Shown here one piece after another: positions 9,652 through 18,582 of a DNA stretch of 32,000 bases. The notes beneath the pieces are model-generated. The model saw nothing but the letters and a program-made list of their open reading frames with translations, was not told where the DNA came from and ran no database searches. The stretch comes from Infirmifilum uzonense (GTDB taxonomy: Archaea; Thermoproteota; Thermoprotei; Thermofilales; Thermofilaceae). A program made the translations under genes and the position numbers. The stretch is taken from assembly GCF_000993805.1 (NCBI RefSeq), contig NZ_CP009961.1, positions 1,170,453-1,202,452 of the forward strand, read 5' to 3'. Within the stretch, counting starts at the first letter, position 1. Each line of letters begins with the position of its first letter.

Positions 9652-10728
9652 GTGAATGGTGGGGAGGAGAGAATACTCGTACTCTGCGTTGATCGAGACA
9701 ATGACGTAGGCGATGTTCTAGGTATATCTACCCCTGTGATGGGCGAGGAGAATATCTTGAGAACGGCATTAGAATATATTTTGCGCCGCCCCGAGGACTC
9801 AGATTCAAATGCATTATTCGCAGCAGTCCAAACATACCGAGAACTAGTAAACAAGGGGTACAAAGATAGAGTCGAGATAGCCCTTTTAGCAGGTGAGACG
9901 CAAGAGGGGGTTGAGGCAGACATTAAAATACTACGAGAGCTCGACCAAATTCTTTCCAAAGAGAAGTTTACAGGAGCTATATTAGTCTCAGATGGACCAA
10001 CTGATGAGGCAGTTGCACCTTTAATTCAGTCAAGGCTCCCATTGATCTCGATACGGAGAGTAATCGTCCAACAGTCTAGAGGGGTAGAAGAGACTTTTGT
10101 TCTCCTCGTTAATTATGTAAGGAAGTTATTCATGGAAGAAAAATATCGTAGGTTTTCACTCGGTCTCACAGGGGTTTTTCTAATAGTATATGTTTTCCTT
10201 TCAACACTGCTACCCCAGTTTCTCTGGCCTATTATCCTTGGCTTCACAGGATTAGTTTTAGTTGTGAAGGGCTACAACCTTGATGAGACCCTGCGTGGAA
10301 TCTATTCCTCTAAGCCAATAACCTTTGCCGCGCTCATACTTTCTGCACTGCTGGTTTTGCTTGGAACAATACAAGGTGTTTCTGTTCTTGTACAAAACAT
10401 CCCTAAGGGGTTTTTCGCTGCACTGGGAGATATGATGCTGGCATCTATTGGAGCGCAGTTAATTACTACGGATCTTTTCGTTTTAGCTGCAGCTCTCCCA
10501 ATATTTGGAAGAATCGTAGATACCTTTATATCTTATAAACCTCCGCGAGTCTCAGATGCATTTGCATTGATGACAATCCTAATCTCTAGGCAGTTACTCG
10601 TTGAAGTGGCTAAGTACCTATCCGGTGGAGGCGACATCCGTGGAGTTTTGACGTGGTCCTTTATTGTGCTAGGATTCATTGTGTTTTTCGTATCCATATT
10701 ACCTCTCGAGAGACGTGGCAAGGGGTGA
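9652..10728 (+). CDS. DUF373-family integral membrane protein
   Basis: 358-aa ORF with a GTG start. A soluble N-terminal domain (ILVLCVDRDNDVGD) is followed by about 6 hydrophobic helices. Confidence 0.5.
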   Translation: MNGGEERILVLCVDRDNDVGDVLGISTPVMGEENILRTALEYILRRPEDSDSNALFAAVQTYRELVNKGYKDRVEIALLAGETQEGVEADIKILRELDQILSKEKFTGAILVSDGPTDEAVAPLIQSRLPLISIRRVIVQQSRGVEETFVLLVNYVRKLFMEEKYRRFSLGLTGVFLIVYVFLSTLLPQFLWPIILGFTGLVLVVKGYNLDETLRGIYSSKPITFAALILSALLVLLGTIQGVSVLVQNIPKGFFAALGDMMLASIGAQLITTDLFVLAAALPIFGRIVDTFISYKPPRVSDAFALMTILISRQLLVEVAKYLSGGGDIRGVLTWSFIVLGFIVFFVSILPLERRGKG

Positions 10729-10776
10729 GTTTTACCACTGGAAGAAAAAAGAGTTATATTATTTTTCAAAAGAAAT

Positions 10777-11823
10777 TTGAGTGACTGTAGCCGTAAAGAT
10801 ATTGAGACACTAGTTGAGGCTATTTTTATTTCCGGAAAAATGAGGCAATTATCCCCTAACATCATAGAGGTTTCAGGATTACTTGATATAGTCATGCTTG
10901 AGGAGTATGTATACAGGTCGGCGACACTTCAGGATGTATTTTTGGTCATAAAACATGTAGACCTTTCAGGTTGCCTTGACTTTATGGATTTACTCTGTAC
11001 TAAAGGAACAGGAATAAAAGTTGAAAACCCAGTGATAAGAGTGCTAAGCATAGACAAGTTGTCAAAGTTACCTTCCATAACAGGTTCACTAACATGCCTT
11101 GAAGATATTCTCTCAATAGCTGACCAGCTTTCCTTTAGTAAAATTTATCCCTATGAGGGAAGACCTCACCTAATTATAAATTGTCTCGAGAAAAAAGGTT
11201 ATCTGGGAGTCTTCCTGAAGAGGATGAGAAGGGATAGATTTATCTACCGATCACCCGAGAAGAGAGCGTTCATGCAGTATTCAGCTCTTTCACCAAGGAT
11301 GGCTCTTTTCATGGTAAATTTATCCACGAGGGCTAAGGGTAGGAAAAAGCCCATGACTTTTCTGGATCCTTTCTGCGGCTCTGGCGGCGTCCTGATAGAG
11401 GCTGCTTTGCTAGGTTATTATGCCGTAGGACTGGAAATATTCTACAAACCTGTTAGAGGGGCCCGTCGTAATGTTATTCAGTTAAATCTTTACACAAATG
11501 TGGATCTTATATTAGCGGATGCATCACTTCCACCCTTTAGAGAGAAATCGTTTGATGCGATAGCCTTTGATCCTCCTTATGGACGACTTTCCCCGGTGAA
11601 GGGGCGAGAGTCTGTTGATCCTCTAATAAATTTTCTTTCCTCTGTAAGGTATATATTGAAGAAAAACGGCTCCTGTATATTCCTTTATCCAAGTGGACGT
11701 GAGACGGACAGGTTGACTAAAATGGGATTTACGGAAGAGTGTAAAATATTCGAGCACTCAAGGTTGACAAGATCTTTGTGGTGCTTGCGTGATGAGCGCC
11801 AGGGTCATGTTCTGGGGAGTTAG
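10777..11823 (+). CDS. THUMP-type tRNA (guanine-N2) methyltransferase (Trm11/Trm14-like)
   Basis: 348-aa ORF with a SAM-binding motif (LDPFCGSGGVLIEAA) and the catalytic DPPYG motif. The listed start is TTG, and the true start may be the ATG about 60 nt downstream. Confidence 0.7.
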   Translation: MSDCSRKDIETLVEAIFISGKMRQLSPNIIEVSGLLDIVMLEEYVYRSATLQDVFLVIKHVDLSGCLDFMDLLCTKGTGIKVENPVIRVLSIDKLSKLPSITGSLTCLEDILSIADQLSFSKIYPYEGRPHLIINCLEKKGYLGVFLKRMRRDRFIYRSPEKRAFMQYSALSPRMALFMVNLSTRAKGRKKPMTFLDPFCGSGGVLIEAALLGYYAVGLEIFYKPVRGARRNVIQLNLYTNVDLILADASLPPFREKSFDAIAFDPPYGRLSPVKGRESVDPLINFLSSVRYILKKNGSCIFLYPSGRETDRLTKMGFTEECKIFEHSRLTRSLWCLRDERQGHVLGS

Positions 11824-12742
11824 TAGCACAAGACCCTTTAAAGACAGATTGCCCCCTTGCATAATTGTTAAGATAAATACTAGGTTAATAGTGCTTGATG
11901 CTGGCGAATTATGTCAGGGGGCCTTTGAATACTTTCGACTAAGCCACAACTCTCCTTTAAGCATTCTTATCTCTCATCTGCATGGTGATCACGTCTACGG
12001 CTTAGCTCCTTTGATTGAATCCCTGCAACTGGCAGGGAGGAAGACCCCGATTGAGGTGGTAGGACCTCTAGGACTAGAAGAAATTATACCTTTAAGAAAC
12101 ATAGCTAAAGCAAATTTTACTATAAGAGTAATCGAGCTGTCATCTCCTGAAGGCGTATTCACGATAGATGATAAAGAGGGAATCCGAGCCGTTTATGTTC
12201 AGAGCCCTCACTCACATGTATCCTACTCCTATATAATCGAAACAAAGGAAAAGATAAGGTTGAATGGTGAAAAACTTCAAAGAGAAGGTATACCGGGCAG
12301 GCTGCGCCGTAGATTAATCGAGAAAGGCTATGTACGTTTTCGAGGTAGACAATACCAGCTAGAAGATTTTATCTCGGAGAAGATTCCAGGATTAAAGATC
12401 GCTTATAGTGGCGACACCTTACCGAATGCAAGGTTCGGTGCGAAGAGTTACCGTGCCGACCTACTTATCCATGAAAGCACTTTTGCATTTCAAGATAGAG
12501 AGGGAAGAGAGGAAGTTGCACACTCCTCGGCTAGCGAGGCAGCATACCTGGCACGTCTGGCCAAAGTAAACGTTTTAGTATTAACACATTTCAGCACCCG
12601 ATACACTGATCTTTCCCTCCTCCTTGAAGAGGCAAGGCTTATTTTTGCACGCTCAATATTAGCTCAAAAAGGCCTGATAATTGAAATTTTTGTGAAGCGT
12701 CCTCGACTGATCCGTGTTATCTTCCCTCCGCCTAGTACGTAG
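11789..12742 (+). CDS. rnz: ribonuclease Z (tRNA 3' endonuclease)
   Basis: Metallo-beta-lactamase motif SHLHGDHVYGL and C-terminal LTHFSTRY. The likely start is the third ATG at 11807 (MFWGVSS..), which still overlaps the upstream gene. Confidence 0.8.
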   Translation: MMSARVMFWGVSSTRPFKDRLPPCIIVKINTRLIVLDAGELCQGAFEYFRLSHNSPLSILISHLHGDHVYGLAPLIESLQLAGRKTPIEVVGPLGLEEIIPLRNIAKANFTIRVIELSSPEGVFTIDDKEGIRAVYVQSPHSHVSYSYIIETKEKIRLNGEKLQREGIPGRLRRRLIEKGYVRFRGRQYQLEDFISEKIPGLKIAYSGDTLPNARFGAKSYRADLLIHESTFAFQDREGREEVAHSSASEAAYLARLAKVNVLVLTHFSTRYTDLSLLLEEARLIFARSILAQKGLIIEIFVKRPRLIRVIFPPPST

Positions 12743-12780
12743 CCTGCACCGACATGACAGCTTCAAGAAAGTTAGCCATT

Positions 12781-13230
12781 TCAGACACATCGAAAAGTTG
12801 CTTCTTCATTGATGGGTTTTCCTTCTTTAGTTTCAGGCGCTATCCAGTTTATAAAAAGCTCGGGATTACATTCGCCTATGTCTATCATCAGAGTAATAGC
12901 TCCTAGGGGACTCTCACCTATCTCGAATGAGCAAAAGCTGACACGCCCCTGAAAAGCTGCCTGTTTATTCAAGTGGAACTTGAAGACGTTTTCACTTCTC
13001 CCCCTTAAAATGTAACTCCGGGCTGCGTCAAGAATTCTCTGGGATCTCAATAGGTAAGCCAGTCTCTCTAGGGGTCTGGGAGACTCAGCAGAACATACCA
13101 CTTCCTGGTACTTATCGTACCGATCCACGTGACATTCGTCCTTATTAAAGTCTAGTACGTTACGAATGGCTTTTAGAACCTTCTCTTCGGACTCTGTTGC
13201 ATATAATGGTGCACGAGCCGTTACGCGCAT
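12781..13230 (-). CDS. UPF0201 (COG1931) family protein, a predicted RNA-binding protein
   Basis: 149-aa ORF starting MRVTARAPLYATESEEKV. Size and N-terminus match UPF0201. It sits directly downstream of a UPF0200 kinase-like gene, which is a conserved archaeal pairing. Confidence 0.55.
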   Translation of the reverse strand: MRVTARAPLYATESEEKVLKAIRNVLDFNKDECHVDRYDKYQEVVCSAESPRPLERLAYLLRSQRILDAARSYILRGRSENVFKFHLNKQAAFQGRVSFCSFEIGESPLGAITLMIDIGECNPELFINWIAPETKEGKPINEEATFRCV

Positions 13231-13233
13231 GAC

Positions 13234-13806
13234 TTACCCCTCAATTATACTTTCAAGTAAATTTTCAACTACAGCTGAAAGTTGCTCTAGAGTAATATTC
13301 TCGTTCACCACCATTATGTCAGCAAGTGCTATTACAGATCCTATACCGAAGTCGAGCTCACGTCTATCCCTCAACTCAAATTCCTCCCAAGTTTTGGGAT
13401 CATCCTCCCTACCACGGCTTAATAGACGCTTAAACCTTGTACTCGGTGACGCGTGAAACGCCACCAGAACATATTTGGGAACCTTCCCCCTGAAGTAGTC
13501 GAGTTCCTCGAGACTTCGAAGCCCCTCGATTACTGCTAGCTTTCTCCCAGTTTGACAGGCTTTCTCAAAGGCTATGATGGCAATCGCGGCTTTTCCTAGC
13601 TTTTGACGTAACTCGGTTGCTATGGTTCCTAAGTTTTGATCAGTAACCTTTAGACCCCTTTCACGCGCGTGTTCTCGTACAATATCGCCCATGTTTATTA
13701 CTGGTATTCCCCTACGAGATGCTGTTTTTCCAAAAATGCTTTTTCCTGAACCAGGCAAGCCTGTCACAAGCAATAGCTTCTCTATACTGCACAAACGTAA
13801 CGTCAC
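13234..13806 (-). CDS. UPF0200-family nucleotide kinase (dephospho-CoA-kinase/adenylate-kinase-like)
   Basis: 190-aa ORF with Walker A (TGLPGSGKS) near the N-terminus and a small kinase-like layout. Confidence 0.6.
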   Translation of the reverse strand: MTLRLCSIEKLLLVTGLPGSGKSIFGKTASRRGIPVINMGDIVREHARERGLKVTDQNLGTIATELRQKLGKAAIAIIAFEKACQTGRKLAVIEGLRSLEELDYFRGKVPKYVLVAFHASPSTRFKRLLSRGREDDPKTWEEFELRDRRELDFGIGSVIALADIMVVNENITLEQLSAVVENLLESIIEG

Positions 13807-13857
13807 AAGCCAGAAGTATCGATAAAGAATAAAAATATTCTTTAGATTTAAGAAACT

Positions 13858-15537
13858 CTAATCGAACTCGCTTTTCTCTTCCCCTTCCTCTTTGCCCTTC
13901 TTCTCTTCTTTCTTGCTTTCAAGCTTGGAGGCACTTATTATATCGTCTATTCTCAGAATCATTGAGGCGGCCTCAGTCGCAACTTTTATCGCGTGGTCTT
14001 TGACACTGGCCGGCTCAAAGATTCCCTGTGAAATCATATCGGCTACACCTCCGTTATTCACGTCAACGCCGTAGCCCCACTTAGATGGATCCTGGTGAGC
14101 CGCTGTTAAATCGGCTATGACGTCGATAGGATCTAAGCCAGCATTTTCAGCCAGTGTCCTCGGAATAGATTCTAAAGCATTGGCAAAGGCCTCTACGGCT
14201 AATTGCTCCTTGCCGCTAACCTCTGTAGCATACTTCCTGAGTTCCTTCGCAATCTCGGCCTCTATAGCTCCACCTCCAGGAACTATGTACGGATGCTTCA
14301 GGACATCTGCTACAGCGTAAAGGGCGTCTTTGATGGAGCGCTCAGCCTCGTCGACAGCCCTTTCGAAACCGCCTCTGACGAGTATTGTCACGCTCTTGGG
14401 GTTGGGGCAGCCTTCAACGAAGACCATCTTCTCGTCCGCGACCTTCCTCTCCTCCACGAGCCTTGCAGTGCCGAGAGCCTCTGGAGAAATATCCTCAACC
14501 CTTGTAAGTATCTTAGCACCAGTAGCACGGGCAAGCTTCTCCATATCACTCTTCTTAACACGCCTCACAGCAAGAATACCAGCCCTGGCAAGATAATACT
14601 GAGCAACATCATCAATACCCTTCTGACAGAAAACAACATTAGCACCACTCTCCTTAATCTTGTCAACCATTTCTTTCAGTATCTTCTCTTCTTCTTCCAA
14701 GAACTGTTGCATCTGGTCAGGAGAGGAAATACGTATCTCTGCATCTATCTCGGTTTTCTCAACCTCGAGCGGGGCGTCTAGAAGCGCTATTTTCGCGTTC
14801 TCAACCCTCTTAGGCATGGCTGGATGTACAACCTCCTTGTCTACAATTATGCCATAGATAAGCTGAGTGTCTAGGAAGGCTCCTCCCTTCTTCTTTATAA
14901 TTTGAATGTTGTCGATATCTACAATAACTTTTCCATCAACCTCTTCTGCGACCTGCTTAACAGCTTTTACAGCGAGCTCCGCAAAATAGTCTCTTAGCGC
15001 AGCTACGGCTTTGCTCCTCATAGAGGTGGACGCAACTTTCTTCAGAGTCTCGACGTCGTCGAGACTGACCTTTATGGCTTTCTGCCTAATTACCTCGCGA
15101 GCCTTTTCCATTGCTTTTTTGTAACCGCCCACTATAATCGTTGGATGAATGTTTCTGTCTAGAAGCTTTTCAGCCTCTTTTAATAGCTCTCCAGTCAGGA
15201 CAACAGCAGTAGTGGTACCATCGCCTACTTCCTTGTCCTGAGCCTTGGCAACTTCCACCATAAGCTTTGCAACAGGATGCTGTACATCCATCTCATCAAG
15301 GATGGTAGCTCCATCATTAGATATTGTGATATCACCAAGAGTATCGATTAGCATCTTGTCCATGCCTTTAGGTCCAAGTGTAGTCTTTATAGTCTCTGAG
15401 ATTGCCCTGGCAACCATTATGTTTAGACGTATGGCCTCTCGCCCAGCCTGTCTAGAAGCTCCTTCCTTGAGTATTAGTACAGGAACCCCTCCCAATTGAG
15501 CTACCGAGGCCATAGCCTCACCACCGGGTAGTGCCAT
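13858..15537 (-). CDS. ths: thermosome subunit (group II chaperonin)
   Basis: 559-aa ORF with the classic motifs [16 protein letters not shown] and VPGGGA, and a charged EEKK-rich C-terminal tail. Confidence 0.95.
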   Translation of the reverse strand: MALPGGEAMASVAQLGGVPVLILKEGASRQAGREAIRLNIMVARAISETIKTTLGPKGMDKMLIDTLGDITISNDGATILDEMDVQHPVAKLMVEVAKAQDKEVGDGTTTAVVLTGELLKEAEKLLDRNIHPTIIVGGYKKAMEKAREVIRQKAIKVSLDDVETLKKVASTSMRSKAVAALRDYFAELAVKAVKQVAEEVDGKVIVDIDNIQIIKKKGGAFLDTQLIYGIIVDKEVVHPAMPKRVENAKIALLDAPLEVEKTEIDAEIRISSPDQMQQFLEEEEKILKEMVDKIKESGANVVFCQKGIDDVAQYYLARAGILAVRRVKKSDMEKLARATGAKILTRVEDISPEALGTARLVEERKVADEKMVFVEGCPNPKSVTILVRGGFERAVDEAERSIKDALYAVADVLKHPYIVPGGGAIEAEIAKELRKYATEVSGKEQLAVEAFANALESIPRTLAENAGLDPIDVIADLTAAHQDPSKWGYGVDVNNGGVADMISQGIFEPASVKDHAIKVATEAASMILRIDDIISASKLESKKEEKKGKEEGEEKSEFD

Positions 15538-15571
15538 TGTATCGCCTGCAGTACAAGCAAATTATCACTTC

Positions 15572-15579
15572 TATAAAAA
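15572..15579 (-). promoter_or_regulatory. TATA box of the thermosome promoter
   Basis: The minus strand reads GAAAGG-TTTTTATA (purine-rich BRE-like sequence plus TATA), centred about 38 nt upstream of the ATG at 15537. Confidence 0.5.
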
Positions 15580-15657
15580 CCTTTCTATTGGTTAAGCCTC
15601 ATTTCTAACGAGTAAAATCCTCAAAGGTTTGCATGAAACGTCTAATGCAATGTAAAG

Positions 15658-15764
15658 TGCGGGGGCCGGGATTCGAACCCGGGCAGGCCGACGCCAGCGG
15701 ATTTCTAATTTTTCATCTCAGGATCTTAAGTCCGCCCCCTTTGTCCTAGCTCGGGCACCCCCGC
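15658..15764 (-). tRNA. tRNA-Leu(UAA) with a ~22-nt intron at the canonical 37/38 position
   Basis: The reverse complement folds as GCGGGGG / D arm / GCGGA CTTAAG[intron]A TCCGC / long variable arm / CCGGG TTCGAAT CCCGG / CCCCCGC A. Confidence 0.85.
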
Positions 15765-15799
15765 CAGTGTTGATAATTTAGTAAAAGGGTAAAATATTT

Positions 15800-15879
15800 T
15801 TCTTGGCTATAGACCGTGAGGAGCATAATAATTTTCACTACAAACTCAGAGCACTTTTCTATGAGGCCCCAGGCAGGCC
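15800..15879 (+). repeat. copy A of an ~80-nt direct repeat
   Basis: It matches 16770-16849 with only 2 mismatches (tcttggctatagaScgtgaggagcataataattttcactacaaactcagagcacttttctatgaggccccaggcagRcc). Confidence 0.9.
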
Positions 15880-15948
15880 AGTTGATTAAAGCGAAGGGTA
15901 AAAAATTGGGCCCGCTGGCATGGACATTCCAGGAGAAAGCAGCATACA

Positions 15949-16022
15949 TGGGGCCGCCGGGATTTGAACCCGGGACCACCAGCGCCCCAGGCTGGCATCC
16001 TACCAAGCTAGACTACGGCCCC
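15949..16022 (-). tRNA. tRNA-Pro(GGG), intron-less
   Basis: The reverse complement gives a perfect 74-nt cloverleaf: GGGGCCG TA GTCT AGCTTGGTA GGAT G CCAGC CTGGGGC GCTGG TGGTC CCGGG TTCAAAT CCCGG CGGCCCC A. Confidence 0.92.
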
Positions 16023-16164
16023 TCGCGTCTTTGTGTAAGGAGAACCCTTAATATAATTTTTACGCGCTACTCTGAGAATAGGGCATCTCATAGCACTTCT
16101 CGCGTTTACGAGACAAGCTTTTTAAGATAGAACCATAGTTTCTAAACGGGATGAAATTTCAGAG

Positions 16165-16695
16165 TTATTCTGAAGAATGATGAGAAGGCATTTGTTTGAC
16201 CGCCGTGACAACGAAGATTTCATCACCCGCACTCTCAATAAGCTTTTGAATCGAGAAGCCTTCAAGGGAAACAATCTTGGTAAGTTTTTTCTTTATGGAG
16301 ATGACAGCAATTCCAGCTGGTTTCAGCACCCTATGAATCTCCCTTATTGCTTCCGGAACCTCGTGGAGAACGGTTATGCAGGCTGCAGCTTCAAAGGCAT
16401 TATCTCGGATAGGAAGTATCTTGGCGTCCGCGCGCAGAGCATCTGAGATAACGCGATGATTTTTGCCTTTGAATATTCTAAGCATTCCTTTAGAAAGGTC
16501 TAGGCATAGGTAGTATTCAGCCTTTTTGAGCATTTCACCAAGGATTCCAGTACCACAACCCACATCAAGTATCTTTTTTGAACCCTCTAAAAATCCATAG
16601 GCTATAAAATTCTTCCTGCCTTGCTCTTCGCCATAAAGCTCGTCATAGAGGGGGGCAAGATCGTCATACGAGAGAGACATAGTCTTTTTACCCAT
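16165..16695 (-). CDS. class I SAM-dependent methyltransferase
   Basis: 176-aa ORF with SAM-binding motif I (ILDVGCGTGILG) and the following acidic loop (CLDLS). The substrate is unknown. Confidence 0.7.
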   Translation of the reverse strand: MGKKTMSLSYDDLAPLYDELYGEEQGRKNFIAYGFLEGSKKILDVGCGTGILGEMLKKAEYYLCLDLSKGMLRIFKGKNHRVISDALRADAKILPIRDNAFEAAACITVLHEVPEAIREIHRVLKPAGIAVISIKKKLTKIVSLEGFSIQKLIESAGDEIFVVTAVKQMPSHHSSE

Positions 16696-16769
16696 ACTCC
16701 TTAGTTTTAAATAAGATGTGGAGAAGGGTTCTCATAAAAGGTTTTGGCCTGACAGTAGCAACGATAGAC

Positions 16770-16849
16770 TTCTTGGCTATAGAGCGTGAGGAGCATAATA
16801 ATTTTCACTACAAACTCAGAGCACTTTTCTATGAGGCCCCAGGCAGACC
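16770..16849 (+). repeat. copy B of the ~80-nt direct repeat
   Basis: See copy A. The two copies are 970 bp apart in direct orientation. Confidence 0.9.
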
Positions 16850-16907
16850 GAAGCCATTCCCACCCTCTATAATCTCGGGTAGACCCCTAGTATGTCCTCC
16901 CAGCTTC

Positions 16908-17165
16908 TCATTCCTCGAGGAGGCCTTCAATCCTGTCTGAGAGTTCTTCAAGCTCCCTAAGCATCGCATCGATGCTGTCAAGTACTACTCTGTAGTCTGG
17001 CAGGATGTCAGCGTAGGACCTCACCAAGAAGAAAGATAACACCAGGAGCCAGAGAATAACCCCTAAGAGGGGTAACCGGGAGCCCGCCCTAGTGGCGCAG
17101 GGCGGCAGGCTGCATGGCTTAAACAGTGTCCATAATATTCGCGAGCTCTTCCCATGAGATTTCAA
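16908..17165 (-). CDS. small membrane-anchored coiled-coil protein. This is copy 2, the only apparently intact copy of the repeated ORF family.
   Basis: 85-aa ORF with one hydrophobic helix (LLGVILWLLVLSFFLV) followed by the conserved tail SYADILPDYRVVLDSIDAMLRELEELSDRIEGLLEE. Its start overlaps the oxidoreductase 3' end by 47 nt, so the start is uncertain. Confidence 0.5.
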   Translation of the reverse strand: MKSHGKSSRILWTLFKPCSLPPCATRAGSRLPLLGVILWLLVLSFFLVRSYADILPDYRVVLDSIDAMLRELEELSDRIEGLLEE

Positions 17166-18186
17166 CAGGAGCCTCTTTGACAGCTGATTCTAAGGCTTTT
17201 ACAACACCTTTGAGCGCAATATATCCTTCCAACGCTGAGACTATCGGTTTTCTTCTTGTGGAGACAGACTCTAAGAAGTCTATAAGTTCAAGCTTAAGCG
17301 GTTCCTCCTGTAAATAGGATATCTCTATGCTTGTAACTTCATTGTGTATAGCAGTCTTTATCTTTTGTACATCGATAGAGTCGATTCCGTTGTCTATATT
17401 TATCCTTCTGAGAATATAGTCTGCAGTGAGAATGAAGTCCTCTGTTCTAACGGAGAAGCTTCGATGTTTATACTTTGGGCTTGTCCTCCAACTAGCGATA
17501 AGGTGTGCCGTCTTCCCACCAGGATATTGATAAACTGCTTCGACTTCAACTTCATATGGAAAATCATTCGTGCGGAAAGTTTGCGCATAGACTTTGCTTG
17601 GTAAGTTTCCCAAGAGAAAAACGGAAACATCGAGGTCATGTACTAGAAGATCGTGTGCAACACCTAGGTTGAGCGAATAGCTTCTCGCAGGACCCGGTCC
17701 AAGCCTTTTAGCCTCGAACGAAAGTATTTTTCCATTGAGTTGTTCAAGCATTCTTCGAGAAACAAGCACGATGGGATTAAAGCGCTCTATATGCCCCACA
17801 GCAAGGACTCTCCCAAGCCTTCTAGCTTTTTGGACTAAGTTGAACCCCTGCTCTATCGTTTCAGCAAGGGGCTTCTCAACAAAAACGTCATAGTTGTCAA
17901 GCAATTTATCTACAACCTTGTAATGGTAGATTGTTGGAACAACGACAATGACCGCGTCAAGATCCTTCTCCCTCCTAGACAATTCTTCGACACTACCGTA
18001 AAATGTGTCTGCATGATAAGTTTTGGCTACTTGGCTGGCACGTGAAATATCAGAATCTACTACTACGAGTCTTCCAACTAGATGGGATTGTAAAAGCGAT
18101 AAAACCCTGACGTGGTTTACACCCCACCTTCCTACCCCAACGACAGCTACATTCAAACTCATACAACCCCCTACATTCATCTGCAT
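17119..18186 (-). CDS. Gfo/Idh/MocA-family NAD(P)-dependent oxidoreductase
   Basis: 355-aa ORF with an N-terminal Rossmann motif (VAVVGVGRWG) and EKP in the expected position (VFVEKPLA). The true start may be the internal ATG at 18162 (MSLNVAVVG). Confidence 0.8.
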   Translation of the reverse strand: MQMNVGGCMSLNVAVVGVGRWGVNHVRVLSLLQSHLVGRLVVVDSDISRASQVAKTYHADTFYGSVEELSRREKDLDAVIVVVPTIYHYKVVDKLLDNYDVFVEKPLAETIEQGFNLVQKARRLGRVLAVGHIERFNPIVLVSRRMLEQLNGKILSFEAKRLGPGPARSYSLNLGVAHDLLVHDLDVSVFLLGNLPSKVYAQTFRTNDFPYEVEVEAVYQYPGGKTAHLIASWRTSPKYKHRSFSVRTEDFILTADYILRRINIDNGIDSIDVQKIKTAIHNEVTSIEISYLQEEPLKLELIDFLESVSTRRKPIVSALEGYIALKGVVKALESAVKEAPVEISWEELANIMDTV

Positions 18187-18413
18187 TAAAATTGATTATG
18201 TTTCCGTAGATCCTGTTCTGTAGTGTGAGTTTTAAGAGCCAGCCGCGAAGCAGAAAGAATACATCGTCTACCCTTCACTCCTCTTCAGCGGGGATCTTAA
18301 GGTAACACCTTTGACTCTGAGGACACCGCTCTTAGATGACACTGAAACAAAAATAATCCTTGCACCGATACCTGTTTATTGGATATACAGGTAAACTGCG
18401 CGTATTGAGAAAC

Positions 18414-18531
18414 GGCTCCAGCACCACCCTTTCCCGGGGCACGCGGACCCCAGTACTCGGGTTGGCGCACCCCCCTTAGCTTCCGGGTTCGGAATGAGTC
18501 CGGGCGTGGCAGGGGTGCTATGGCCGGAGCC
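18414..18531 (-). rRNA. rrf: 5S ribosomal RNA, stand-alone
   Basis: The reverse complement reads GGCTCCGGCCATAGC...CCCGGACTCATTCCGAACCCGGAAGCTAAG...GGTGCTGGAGCC. It has the universal 5S loop-C/helix-III core, and its ends pair to form helix I. Confidence 0.9.
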
Positions 18532-18551
18532 GATAGCCTTAACTTTGTCTG

Positions 18552-18562
18552 TAATATAAAAA
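18552..18562 (-). promoter_or_regulatory. TATA box of the 5S rRNA promoter
   Basis: The minus strand reads TTTTTATATTA, centred about 26 nt upstream of the predicted 5S 5' end. Confidence 0.55.
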
Positions 18563-18582
18563 ACTTACGGTTTATTAGATTC

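Noticed and set aside
9615-10895. Minus-strand ORFs 9615-9959 and 10533-10895 overlap the DUF373 gene and its flanks.
   Set aside because: They are antisense to a long membrane-protein ORF with a coherent domain layout. Their translations are Ser-rich shadow sequences.
13892-15499. Several 60-190-aa plus-strand ORFs lie inside the thermosome gene (13892-14074, 14117-14320, 14203-14781, 14330-14596, 14660-14857, 15245-15499).
   Set aside because: All are antisense to a very confidently identified, full-length thermosome CDS. They have Ser/Leu/Thr-rich low-complexity translations typical of shadow ORFs.
15800-15879. The ~80-nt repeat was considered as a C/D-box sRNA.
   Set aside because: The only box-like strings (GTGAGGA, TATGAGG, one CTGA on the minus strand) deviate from RUGAUGA/CUGA. 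They are also not spaced in the C-12nt-D'/C'-12nt-D pattern on either strand.
16716-16940. A 74-aa plus-strand ORF spans repeat copy B.
   Set aside because: Outside the ~80-nt repeat it runs through non-conserved spacer and antisense to the 3' end of the small coiled-coil ORF. At copy A the same frame is closed by stops just outside the repeat and has no ATG. I therefore did not call it a gene. The open frame inside the repeat is noted in the findings.
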